This document shows, piece by piece, positions 1-10,513 of a stretch of 64,000 nt of DNA; the first letter of the stretch is position 1; every line of letters begins with the position of its first letter. Both the position numbers and the translations under genes were made by a program. Location: NCBI GenBank assembly GCA_963754925.1, contig CAVWHX010000009.1, positions 32,001 to 96,000 of the forward strand, given 5' to 3'. The DNA is from an uncultured delta proteobacterium. Lineage in GTDB: Bacteria; Myxococcota; B64-G9. The notes beneath the pieces were generated by a model, which worked only from the letters and a program-made list of their open reading frames with translations, was not told the DNA's origin and made no database searches.

Positions 1-1
1 T

Positions 2-1504
2 GAGAACGCCGGCACCTGCACGGCCCAATGCGTGGGCGCGCCGATCACGGCTTGTGTGGGTGGCGATAGCTGCTGCCCGTCCGGGTGCACTCACGCAAAT
101 GACAGCGATTGCAGCGTCAGCCAGACCCAAGTGACGCCTCAAGCTGTCCAGTTAATACCGGTGCCACAGTTTAATGGTGTGGCGATGGACCTTGGCGGCA
201 ATTCTTACATCACCGCCGCGATCTTCACACCCACCCAGCAGTTCACGGGTGTCAGCGGCACCATCAATGTAACCTCCAACGGCGGCGCGGACATTCTGGT
301 CGCCAAATACGATCCGGTCAGCATGAAGGCCGTGTGGGCCCGTAACTACGGCGACTCTTCGGACCAGTTCGGCTCCGGGGTTGCGGTGACCGCGGACAAT
401 ACGGTCGCGGTGTTCGGCAACTTCCTGGGCTCCCTGAGCTCCGGGTCAATCAATCTGGCCAACACCGGCACCGCTCCGTACGATTTCTTGATCGGCTTGG
501 ACGGAGCGACCGGCAACGGCAAGTGGGGCAAGTCATTCAATGACGGCTTGGGCGGCGCGATAGTCGCGGTTGCCGCAAACCCCGCTCTCAACCTGATCGC
601 GATCTGTGGGTACACCAACCAGGCCGCAACCGACCTCGTGCCGGGCGCGACCTTCGGCGGCGGAACCGACATCGTCATCGGCATGTTTAAATCCGACGGC
701 ACGCTGGTATGGTCCCGTCAGATAGGCGCCGCCGGAACCGAAGAGTGCGACTCGCTGGTAATCGACAACAACGGCGACTTGTACGCGGCCGGCAAGTACA
801 ACGGCGCGCTGGACCTGGGCTTGGGCGCCCTGCCTAACCCGAGTTCCAACTTCCGTCGTTGGTTGTGGGTGGCCAAGATGAGCGGCGCGGCGCCGGGCAC
901 GACCCTCTCGAACGCCGCTTTCTACGGTTGTGCGAGCGGGACCTGCATGAACGGCGTGCACACCGCGAATTCCCTGGCCCTGGATTCGCAGAACAAGCTG
1001 CTGGTGGCCGGAAGCTTCACCAACGTGTTGGACTTCGCTCCCGCGGATGCGACCAAGGAAATGACGTCGGCGGGCGGCGCGGATGCGTTTGTGGCCAAGC
1101 TGGATCCGGCGGCGGGTTTTGCGCGGATCTGGGCGGTCAGCATGGGCAGCACGTTAGACGATTCCACCCAGGGAGTGGCCGTGGACTCCGTGGACGACGT
1201 GGTGGCGGTCGGCTACTACCAAGGCAACACCACCGGCGGGGCAACGCTGACCGACGCGGGCGCCTCGGACGCGTTTATCTGGAAGCTTTCGGGCGTCGAC
1301 GGCTCCACGCAGCAAGCGGTTGGTTACGGCGATGCCCAAGGCCAGACCGCGGATCGGGTGGCAGTCAACGGCCAGGGCACCAGCAACATCGACCTGGTGG
1401 AGATCGGCGGGGTTCTGAACGGTACGATAACCTTCCCGGCTCCGGCAGGCTCCTTGACCGCCACACAAACCTCATCCTTCCTCTTGTTCGCCAACATCAA
1501 ATAG
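2..1504 (+). CDS. 5'-partial secreted/surface protein: Cys-rich repeat followed by beta-propeller (SBBP-like) repeats
   Basis: Frame is open from the window edge (ENAGTCTAQCVGAPITACVGGDSCCPSGCTHANDSDC, a myxobacterial-type Cys repeat). It is followed by repeated 'SxGGxDxxVAKxDxxG..WA..G' blades. Confidence 0.7.
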   Translation, partial: ENAGTCTAQCVGAPITACVGGDSCCPSGCTHANDSDCSVSQTQVTPQAVQLIPVPQFNGVAMDLGGNSYITAAIFTPTQQFTGVSGTINVTSNGGADILVAKYDPVSMKAVWARNYGDSSDQFGSGVAVTADNTVAVFGNFLGSLSSGSINLANTGTAPYDFLIGLDGATGNGKWGKSFNDGLGGAIVAVAANPALNLIAICGYTNQAATDLVPGATFGGGTDIVIGMFKSDGTLVWSRQIGAAGTEECDSLVIDNNGDLYAAGKYNGALDLGLGALPNPSSNFRRWLWVAKMSGAAPGTTLSNAAFYGCASGTCMNGVHTANSLALDSQNKLLVAGSFTNVLDFAPADATKEMTSAGGADAFVAKLDPAAGFARIWAVSMGSTLDDSTQGVAVDSVDDVVAVGYYQGNTTGGATLTDAGASDAFIWKLSGVDGSTQQAVGYGDAQGQTADRVAVNGQGTSNIDLVEIGGVLNGTITFPAPAGSLTATQTSSFLLFANIK

Positions 1505-1519
1505 TATTCGTCCCATCAT

Positions 1520-1551
1520 TCCGCCCGCGACCTTGTTAAGGTCGTGGCGGA
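1520..1551 (+). terminator. GC-rich hairpin downstream of the first gene (possible terminator)
   Basis: TCCGC-C-CGCGACCTT-gtt-AAGGTCGTG-GCGGA inverted repeat 15 nt after the stop; U-tract is weak. Confidence 0.4.
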
Positions 1552-1574
1552 TCTCTCTAGTCCTTATTTTTAAT

Positions 1575-1628
1575 GTTACAAAGTTGTTTCAGATACGTCA
1601 CAAAAACGACACTGAAAACTTTTATTGG
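1575..1628 (+). promoter_or_regulatory. Pho-box promoter (4 half-sites)
   Basis: GTTACA(1575), GTTTCA(1586), GTCACA(1597), GACACT(1608) at exact 11-bp spacing; TATTGG at 1623. Confidence 0.7.
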
Positions 1629-1697
1629 ATTAACCAAAGAGTTTGGCAAAAAGAAGATAGTGGAGCGAAGAATAAGAGCACACCCAATGAAAGGGGC

Positions 1698-2821
1698 ATG
1701 CCATTCGAAAATTCCTTAAAAAGGTCCTTTTGATTACGACGATTTTATCCTTGATGGCGTCGGGCTGCGGCAATCAATCAGACACGGGAGGCGCCCAGAT
1801 AAGCGTTGATGGCGAGGCATTGACCTCAGAGGTGATGAAAGTAACGGTGACTATCAGTGCTCCGGATATGATTGCCATGACGACTCAACTCTCAAAGGAC
1901 CAAAACGGCAACCACTGGGTCGGCCACCTGGACGGTATCCCCCGAGGAACGGATCGCACGTTTAAGGCAGAAGCGTATGATTCCACCAATATCGTGAGTT
2001 ACGCTGGTTCGGTGGACAGCGTGACCGTCGACGGGCGTTCAACGACGGTGGTGGTCATTAACTTGCAACAAATGAATCCGCCTCAGGGGCCCCAGATCAA
2101 CCTTCCCGTTGTCTCGGGTATTTCCTTCAGCACCGATCACGCGCTCCCCGGCGCAACGGTAACCTTAAGCGTCACGGCCGCTGACCCCAATACTACTGAT
2201 ACAATTTCTTACCTTTGGGAGGCCAGCTGTATTCCTGCGGGCCCGGATCCATATCCAAACGGCGCATTCAGCGCGACCGAGAGCACCAATCCTACCTGGA
2301 TCGCGCCGGCGTATGCCGACGACGCGGCGGGCGTGTGCACTTTATCCATCACTGTGTCTGAGGGCGGCGATTCGGTGAAGACGTTTTTCACCATCCAGGT
2401 CTCGGCAGACGGTGGGCCGGTCTACGTTTCAAACGTTACACCGCTTATCGACACATTGAAAGCCGCCCTGGTCTACGATCCCCAGGGAGGGGTGCAGACC
2501 TGGGATTTTCGAATTTCGACTTCCGATGATCCTGTTGGCTACGATCTGGGCTACGAGTGGTCTTCTCCCAACTGCAATACCGGCGATGCCAGCTGGAACT
2601 TGAACGCTCCATATACGGTCACCGCCCCGCACTTCACCTATACCAATTCCACCGTGGATTGCAATTTCAAGGTCATAGTAACCAACCTTTGCGAGGCCAA
2701 AAATTCCCGTGACGCCACTTTGGGATCGGTCGGCGCATTGTCGGAAGGACCCTCTTGCTGCGGCCAAGCTATCGGCGTGATCTATGGTTATTTGCCGGCG
2801 GTGGCCCACGTGCTTCCCTGA
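1698..2821 (+). CDS. Lipoprotein with Ig/PKD-like domains (one-base frameshift just after the ATG; ORF track starts at 1730)
   Basis: RBS AAAGGGG then ATG at 1698. Adding one G gives the signal MAIRKFLKKVLLITTILSLMASG-C. PKD-like segment 'VTLSVTAADPN..TISYLWEA..G.FS.....PTWIAP'. Confidence 0.7.
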
Positions 2822-3036
2822 ACGTACTGATTGGCCGATTCTAATCCAACAGTGGAAGTTGGACTTTCCTCATTCTGGTCGTCTTCTTCCTGTAGGAGGA
2901 GAGAATTGAATAATTGTTTAGATCGCTTTTACAATAAATGCGCAAATACCTTTACAACCAGTGATAAACATTAATGTTTGTAGTTTTTCCAAGTGCCTCT
3001 CATGAATGAAAAATTAGATCATTAGTTTTCATAAAC

Positions 3037-3079
3037 GTCACACAATCTTCATAATTTCTTCACCGGGTAGCCTTACCAT
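3037..3079 (+). promoter_or_regulatory. Pho-box promoter of the TPS/TonB operon
   Basis: GTCACA(3037), TTCATA(3048), TTCACC(3059) at 11-bp spacing; -10 TACCAT at 3074. Confidence 0.7.
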
Positions 3080-3181
3080 CTCCTCAACTTTTGTGTGTAA
3101 ATTCATGCCTCTTACATTTGATTAGACAAGGTAGGGGTGAATTGAAAGCAGCAAATTACTACTAAAAACCAGAAAGAGCCG

Positions 3182-4918
3182 GTGTACCTAAAAAGGAATG
3201 ATGGGAAGCCTTATTATCTCATGTTTATGCAATCATTAAAAAGAACCCGATCCTGGTTGGTAATTGCAATGCTATTGTTTATGGAACTGCCATTACGCGC
3301 ATCCGATGGTACCGACGGCGGAGCGACTTCGGGACAACCGCCGGTGCAACGTATCGACATCAACGAGTACCGGATTGAAGGGGCGACCAAGCTTTCCGCG
3401 GTCGAAATTGAGTCAGTCGTCTATCCGTTTTTAGGACCGGGTCGCGAACTCAAAGACATCGAGTACGCCCGGGCCGCGCTCGAGAAGAAATACGCGGATC
3501 TTGGCTATCATGCGGTCTCGGTCGCGATACCGCCCCAAAAAGTGCGTAACGGCGTCGTGGTCCTCAAGGTCACCGAGGCGAAGGTCGAGCGAACCAGGGT
3601 CAAGGGATCGCGCTGGTATTCGATCGAGGATATCAAGCGTCTTGCGCCTTCCATGGCCGAAGGCAGCGTCCCGAATTTCAACGACGTCATGAAAGACATC
3701 GTGGTCCTCAATCAGTTGCCGGATCGGCAGGTCATCCCCGAGCTTCGCGCCGGCGCCGCCCCCGCCACCGTGGACGTGGATCTTATGGTCAAGGATCGTT
3801 TTCCGCTGCACGCATCGCTCGAGCTCAATAATCGCTATAGCATAAGCACGCCCCCGATGAGGCTCAACGGCGGCGTGCGGTACGATAACCTGTGGCAGCT
3901 CGGCCATTCGATCGGTTTTTCCTTCCAGGTATCGCCGGAGGTGGAAGCTCATAAGGATTACTTTCACATCAAGGAGCCCTCGCAAAAAGTTTTTTCACTG
4001 ACGTACGTGGCGCGCATACCCACGCTGCCCTGGCTGAGCTTTACCCTCAACGGCGTGCTTCAAGACAGCAGCGTGTCCACCTTGGGGGCTTTTGACGTTG
4101 TGGGAAACGGCAAGATCGCCGGGGTGCGATCGATTTTCGCCTTGCCGGCGGCGAGCGGCTTTTCGCACAACATTTCAGTAGGCCTCGATTACAAGGAGTT
4201 TAAAGAAAAGCTCACTATTACTCAAAACACCACCACGTCAAGCGCCGCCACGCCAAGCGACACCACCCAACAAAGCACCATTTACACCCCCGTCAACTAC
4301 TTGACCTTGAGCGCTCAATACCTTTTTGCCTGGGCGGGCCAATCGACGCAGGCGAATTTTTCCACGTCGTTACTGTTCAATCTTCGACCGTTGAGCAGCG
4401 GGGGATTCGACAACAAGCGTCTCAACGCCAGCGCCAATTTTACGACGTTCCATTTGGACGCCTCCATCACCCAGGATATTTTTCTCGGCATGCAGGTGTT
4501 TGCGCGGGGATACGGCCAGTACACCAACCAGCCCTTAATAAGCTCCGAGCAGATAGTTGCGGGCGGCGTCACGTCGGTGCGCGGCTACCTGGAGGCCGAG
4601 GCGGCCGGGGATTACGGCGCGGTCGGCACCATCGAGCTGCGCGGGCCGGATCTGGCGGACTGGTTCGGAAAGCCGGTGCTCACCGCCTGGCGTTTTTATG
4701 TTTTCACCGACGGCGGATGGTTGAAAATTTATTATCCCTCAGCCGAGCAGAAAGGGCGTTTCTCCCCCAGTAGCATCGGAGGAGGCACGCGGCTCGGGTT
4801 GTTCGAAACGCTGCAAGCGTCTTTGGACGTCGGTCTTCCGCTTGCTTGGATGGGCACCGCAGGCGCCACCAAGACCCACCAGGTGCGGTTGCAGTTTAGC
4901 GTGCTGGGGAAATTTTAA
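3182..4918 (+). CDS. ShlB/FhaC/HecB family TpsB outer-membrane transporter (start codon uncertain)
   Basis: POTRA 'IDINEYRIEGATKL..LEKKYADLGY..V.VAIPPQ', VRGY motif (GGVTSVRGY) and C-terminal Phe. Confidence 0.9.
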   Translation: MYLKRNDGKPYYLMFMQSLKRTRSWLVIAMLLFMELPLRASDGTDGGATSGQPPVQRIDINEYRIEGATKLSAVEIESVVYPFLGPGRELKDIEYARAALEKKYADLGYHAVSVAIPPQKVRNGVVVLKVTEAKVERTRVKGSRWYSIEDIKRLAPSMAEGSVPNFNDVMKDIVVLNQLPDRQVIPELRAGAAPATVDVDLMVKDRFPLHASLELNNRYSISTPPMRLNGGVRYDNLWQLGHSIGFSFQVSPEVEAHKDYFHIKEPSQKVFSLTYVARIPTLPWLSFTLNGVLQDSSVSTLGAFDVVGNGKIAGVRSIFALPAASGFSHNISVGLDYKEFKEKLTITQNTTTSSAATPSDTTQQSTIYTPVNYLTLSAQYLFAWAGQSTQANFSTSLLFNLRPLSSGGFDNKRLNASANFTTFHLDASITQDIFLGMQVFARGYGQYTNQPLISSEQIVAGGVTSVRGYLEAEAAGDYGAVGTIELRGPDLADWFGKPVLTAWRFYVFTDGGWLKIYYPSAEQKGRFSPSSIGGGTRLGLFETLQASLDVGLPLAWMGTAGATKTHQVRLQFSVLGKF

Positions 4919-4948
4919 GTTTTTTGGTTGGGTAACGAGGAGAATTGA

Positions 4949-6897
4949 ATGAACTATCTTAGTCATAAAAGAACGGGCCTCTTGGGTGTTACGGCCTTTT
5001 TACTCCTACTGTCCACTGTCGCGCACGCCTGGTGGAACGATAGCTGGAAAGAAAGAAAACCGCTGCGGATCGACACCAGCGCCAAGGGCGCCAATATCAC
5101 CGATCCTATCGGTCCCACCCCGGTGTTGGTGCGCTTGCACCCGGGCAATTTTCGGTTCGACGCCGCCAAACCGGACGGCAGCGACCTTCGTTTCATCGGC
5201 GGCGACGATCAGACCCCGCTTGCGTACCACATCGAAAAATACGATTCGTTGTTGGGAGAAGCCTTGATTTGGGTGGGAATCCCGGATCTCAAGCCCGGCG
5301 CCAGCGCCGATATGTGGATATACTTCGGCAACAATGAAGCGGCCAACGCCGAGGATAAGAAAGGGACCTACGATCCGGCCATGGTCTTGGTGTACCACTT
5401 CTCAGAACCGGACAAACCTGCCCAAGATGCGACCACCTGGGCCAACAACGCGACCGAGCCGTTTAAAAACACGACAGAAACCTTGATCGGCCGAGGACTC
5501 CGGTTGGACGGAAAAGATACTCTGATCGTGCCGCCGGGCCCGGCTCTTATTTGGGCCGAGGGCGGCGCCATGACCTGGTCTGTCTGGTTGCGGCCTGCCA
5601 AGGATGAAAGCAACGGGGTGGTCTTTTCCCGCCTAAAAGATCAAAACGCCGTGGTCATAGGCTTGGACCAAGGCAAGCCCTATGTCGAGATCCTCAAAGG
5701 TTCCGATTCCAAGCGGCTCACCGCGACCAAAAGCCTCAAGGCGCTAAGCTGGAGCCATGTGGCGGTAACCGCCGGCAAGGAGATAGCCCTCTACGTTGAT
5801 GGAGCGCCCGAGGGCAAACGGGAAGCCGCCCTTCCGGCGCTCGACACCAAGTCCGTCATCGGAGGCATGGCCTCCGCCGAGGCAAACGCACCCAAGGGCG
5901 AAGCCGGGCAAGGGCAAAAAGAGAAAGAACCGGTTGCAGGCTTTGAGGGAGATCGGACGAATTGCAGATCGCCAAGGCCGAACGACCCGTGGGATTCATT
6001 CGAACGGCCGTGGCCGCTCAGGGGACCGATCCCGCCAAGTTTATGACGTTCGGGCAGGACGAGGAGAAAGTGACCGGCATCGGCAGCGCTTATTTTCCGA
6101 TCATTATCAATTCGGTCACTTTCGACGGCTGGGTGGTCATCGGTTTGCTGGGCATCATGTCCCTTATCAGTTGGATGATCATGATCGGCAAAGTCACCGC
6201 CATACGCGCGGCGCTAAAGGCAAACGCACGGTTCATGAAAAGCTTCCAGGAGTTGGGCGCGGATCTGGTGCGGCTCATCGGATCGAAAGAAACCGTTTCC
6301 CGCTGGAGCAAAGACAAAGCCCTTCAAAATTCTCCGCTGCTACGGGTTTTTCTAATCGGCGTGGAAGAAATCCGCAAACGAACAACAACCAAGCGACCGC
6401 TTACCAGTGAAAACCTCACCGTCATCCGCACCAGCTTGGAAAAGGGACTGGTGTATGAAAACCAGCGTCTCATGAATCGTATGGTGTTGCTGACCATCGC
6501 CATTTCTGGCGGCCCTTCTTGGGGCTGTTGGGCACGGTGATGGGGGTGATGATCACCTTCGCCGTGATTGCCGCCACTGGCGATGTCAACATCAACTCCA
6601 TCGCCCCGGGCATTTCCGGCGCTCTGGCGGCCACCATCGCCGGTTTGGCGGTGGCGATTCCGGCCTTGTTTGCCTATAACTGGCTGATTACCCGGATCAA
6701 AAGTCGTAAGCTCCAACTTGCACGTTTTCGTCGAGGAGTTGATTGCCAAGGCCGCCGAAGCTTACGCCGAGCGGGCCGAAAAACACAACCTATCGACTCC
6801 CCGACAGTTTTTAGCGGAAGGGGCGATTGTGGAATCGGATGGCATCTTCGAGGAGTGTGACGAAGATCTATCCGGCGGCCAAATCGCCAGCAGTTAG
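4949..6897 (+). CDS. exbB: DUF2341 + LamG-like + MotA/TolQ/ExbB proton-channel fusion (frameshifts at ~5955, ~6520, ~6705)
   Basis: Signal peptide, then WWNDSW..RK, 'DGSDLRF', LamG 'WSHVAVT..LYVDG' and ExbB 'LTIAISGGP(F)LGLLGTVMGVMITF...IAPGISGALAATIAGLAVAIPALFAYN'. Reconstructed stop TAG at 6895-6897. Confidence 0.85.
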
Positions 6898-6945
6898 TGG
6901 CTCTTACGACCGAAGGGAGTTAGAGCCACCAAGAGGAGCGACCCC

Positions 6946-7346
6946 ATGCAGGTGCAATCCGAAGACAAGCCGTACGACGACATCAACATCACCCCGATGT
7001 TGGACTTGGCCTATGTCTTGGTCATTTTCGTCATCATGACCACCGCCACGGTACAGGGCATGCGCGTCAATCTTCCCAAGGCGGGCCCGGCCAAGAGTTT
7101 GGCCAAGTCCACCACCAAGGCGATTACCATCACCCAAAACGGGCAAGTGTTCCTGGACACCATTCCGGTCTCCCTGGCCGAGCTCCAGCAGCGCTTGACG
7201 CAGCAAAAGGCCCTCACCCCGGATTTTCCGGTGGTCGTGCGCGGCGATGGACAGGCGTACTACCAAAACGTGGTGGATGTCTTGGATTTCTGGCCCGGCT
7301 CGATATCACCACCGTGGGTCTGGCCACTAAACCACTCGTCAGATGA
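6946..7346 (+). CDS. exbD: Biopolymer transport protein ExbD (frameshift ~7288)
   Basis: 'DDINITPMLDLAYVL' and 'VVVRGD...YQNVVDVLD'; corrected tail LARLDITTVGLATKPLVR*. Confidence 0.85.
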
Positions 7347-7355
7347 GGTATTATC

Positions 7356-8110
7356 ATGCAGGCGATAACTCTCATTAAAAAAATAGCGAACGTGCTCGTT
7401 GACAATTGGCCGAGTTTGTCGGTGGGGTTGGTCATGATCACCGGCGTGGTTTTCGCCGTCAGCTGGATAAGCAACAATCAGCAACGGCCGGCGCCCCGAA
7501 AGGTCATGCAGTTGAACGTCGTGCAGTTGCAAAAGCCGAAACGCCCGCGCCGAAACTCCCGCCGCCCAAGCCGGTTGTGCAGCCCAAAGTTCCCGAGGAG
7601 GAGGAAACACCCCTGCGCACTCGGGTGAAGATTAAAATGACCGATATTCCGCCTGACGCCCCTCCTCCGTCGGCGAGCCCGCCGCCGGGCCCGCTGGCCC
7701 TGGCGACCGAAGGCAATGGTCCGGGGGACGCGTTCGGTCTAGCCGGCAACCCGGGAGGGCGATCGTTTCTGGGTATCGGCGGCGGCGAAGGCGCAGGCTC
7801 CGGAATCGGCGGTGGAGGCTACGACCCCAATGCCCGCTATGGGTGGTACTACGCCCAGGTAGCCTCCCGGATCGAGCAGGAGCTTCGAAAAAAACAAACA
7901 GCTAAAATATGCATCGTTACGTATCGAGCTGCGCGTCTGGACCGACAGCTCCGGTCAGATAAGCCGGGTGCAGCCGGTAGGTTCCACCGGAGATGAAAAC
8001 CTGGATCAGGCCATCAGATCGCTTGCGGGACTGAAGCTTAAGGATAAGCTGCCCGAGGATATTCCCCAGCCTCTGATCTTGCGGGTCACCGCCCGGCGAC
8101 CGGTTCGACA
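7356..8110 (+). CDS. TonB-like energy transducer (frameshifts ~7540, ~7890; 3' end uncertain)
   Basis: N-terminal TM helix, Pro-rich linker, Gly-rich stretch, and TonB-C-like 'ELRVWTDSSGQISRVQPVGSTGDENLDQAI...PEDIPQPLILRVTARRP'. Confidence 0.75.
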
Positions 8111-8158
8111 ACATCCAAACAACGACGGGATTATCGAACGACACGAGAAAGGGCCTAC

Positions 8159-9771
8159 ATGCAAGCGCTTCCCGGATCCGCAAAAAGAAGGCTGTTGGTC
8201 ATGGCGGTGGGTATGGAGCTGATGGTTTTTTTCAAGCGCCGGGCTCAGCCGAGCCGCAGAAGAACCTCAAGACGAGAAAGCCCAGGAGCCCGAGTCGGCA
8301 CAACGGGTCATGTACGTGCCCGAGATCGTAAAGGCCGAGCTGAAAGAACAAATCAAAAAAGAGCTGCTCGAGGAAATGCAAAAAGAAAATTGGGCCGCTC
8401 CGAACCAATATCCGGATTGGTTGCGTAAAATCCAGCTCTTGGGCGATTTACGCTTTCGCTATCAAGCCGTCAATTTCCCCAAAGGCAACGCTAATAGCGG
8501 CGAGTTCCCCGATTTCAACGCCATCAATACCGGCCAGCCGTTCGACGTCAATTTCGTCAACGTTGCCAATGAACGGTACTTGAACGTAGATAAAAGTCGC
8601 AACCAAGTATTCTACCGGGCCAGGCTCGGCTTTGATATTAATTTCTCTCAAAGCTTTCGAGCAGGGTTACGACTTGCAAGCGGCAACGACAACAACCCGG
8701 TTTCGTTAAACCAGTTCCTGGGGAACAACTTTGGCAAGTACCCGCTGTGGATCGACCGAGGATTTTTAAGCTATCGCGCCGTTTCAAGACGACCCATTTG
8801 GGTTGCTACTGCTTGTCGGACGTTTCGAAAACCCCTTTTTCAAAACCACCCTTACCTGGGGCAATGACGTAAACTTGGATGGGTTCGCGGCAAAAGGTGG
8901 GGTGGCATTGTCCGATAATTTCGGCGCGTTTATAACCGGCGGCGCCTTTCCGCTCCAGATAACCTCGATCAATTTTCCGCCCGAGCAGACCTCAAAGTAC
9001 AAAGAACGCGACAAGTGGCTGTACGCCGTCCAGCTAGGCATGGATTTCAAGCTGGCCACGAAATTCAAGCTCAAAGCGGCCGTCGCATATTACGACTACG
9101 ACAGCGTCGAAGGCAGGGCCTCGGGCCCGTGCGACACCAACCTGAGCGGCATCACGTGTGACACCGATAGCTTCCGGCCTACCTATGCCCAAAAAGGCAA
9201 CACCTACATGGCGCTGCGCACGCCTTCGGCCGCGGCGCTCGCGGCCGAAGCCGCGGGACTGGCGTCGCGCTACCAGTACTTCGGATTGGCGAGCAAGTTT
9301 CGCGAGCTTAATGTGACCGTGGGCGCCGATGTCACTATCGCGGAGTGGCTCACGATCAGGGTCGAGGCCGACTTCGTGCGCAACGCCGGTTTTTCAAAGA
9401 AGCAGATATCACAAGTGGCGCTCAACAATTTAGGCTCGTGCGGCTCGTCGGGCAATTGCCAGCAGACCTTCGCCGGCGGCAACCAGGGCTACCTTGCGCG
9501 CGTCGTTTTCGCAAGTCCCAGCCAAGGAAAACGCTGGGACTGGACCGCCGGCGCGAGCTACCGCTATCTCGAATCGGACGCAACCTTGGACGCGTTTAAC
9601 GATCCGGACTTTGGGCTCGGCGGCACCAATCTCAAGGGTTATGGCGTCGAGGCGGCGGTGGCGGTAGCAGAGAAAATTTGGTTAGGAGCGCGTTTTTTTG
9701 CCTCTGACGAGGTCGCGGGGCCGCCCGTGAGGATGGATGTTTTGCAGATCGATCTCATGGGGAGTTATTAG
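8159..9771 (+). CDS. Putative porin (outer-membrane beta-barrel), split by frameshifts
   Basis: 'YVPEIVK..KENWAAP..PDW..LGDLRFRY', 'RARLG', 'GRFENPF', 'DA.LDAFNDPDFGLGGTNLKGY' and a C-terminal aromatic residue. Confidence 0.8.
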
Positions 9772-9774
9772 CAC

Positions 9775-10398
9775 ATGCGCTCTTTGAGCATCATTTTCTC
9801 AGCCGTGTTGTTTATGGTCCCGGCCGCTCGACTTTCGGCCGCTGATTCCGGCATCGAATCCCGGCTGCGGGAGGCGCTTCGCACCACTACCCAACAACTG
9901 AATCAAACTCAAAGTGAACTGGCCGACTGCAAGCGCCAAAAAGACGATCTCGATCAGAAGATCGAATCGCTCGAAAAGCAAGCGGGCTCGGCCAAGCAAT
10001 GCGCCGCATACAAGGCCAAGCAGGACGCGTTGCAGGTAAAATTCGACGAGCAGGCCGAGGAACACAAAGAACTCGAAGCTTCACTTGCGGAATGCAAAAC
10101 AACGCTCGCCAACACTACCGCCTTGGAAAAAAGCCAGGCAGATCTCGCCCAAGTCAAAGAGGAGCTTACACGCATTAAGAATGAGAATACTTCCCTGGCC
10201 GGGCGCCTCAAGCAGGCCGAGGATAAGAATAAAAATATGTATCGCGTCGGACGGGACATTCTCGACTGGGTATCCAACAACTGGATTTGTTCGGAGATCA
10301 TCGGGTGCGATGTGTTTCTGGGCCTCAAGCGAGCCAAGCTTGAGAACATGGCCCAGGATTACGAAGACAAGCTCATTGAGCAGAGGCTCGTGCCTTAG
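9775..10398 (+). CDS. Secreted coiled-coil protein typical of TpsB-ExbBD-porin clusters
   Basis: Signal peptide, 'ESRLREALRTTTQQL', long heptad repeats, 'GLKRAKLENMAQDYEDKL'. Confidence 0.75.
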   Translation: MRSLSIIFSAVLFMVPAARLSAADSGIESRLREALRTTTQQLNQTQSELADCKRQKDDLDQKIESLEKQAGSAKQCAAYKAKQDALQVKFDEQAEEHKELEASLAECKTTLANTTALEKSQADLAQVKEELTRIKNENTSLAGRLKQAEDKNKNMYRVGRDILDWVSNNWICSEIIGCDVFLGLKRAKLENMAQDYEDKLIEQRLVP

Positions 10399-10513
10399 AC
10401 AGATCTCCTGTCTGAATGGTTGGGGCAATGAACAATCATCGTCCCTTAAAGAAGATGTCGTGATGTAGGGGTGCCTGGCCATACGCCCTTACGCCGCATC
10501 GTAGGAATCCGCC

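Noticed and set aside
859..1539. 226-aa alternative-frame ORF and similar overlapping ORFs
   Set aside because: Arg/Gly-rich shadow frames of GC-rich genes with no motifs.
10400..10513. Separate Pho box before the FHA gene
   Set aside because: No 11-bp-periodic half-sites; probably transcribed from the 3037 promoter.
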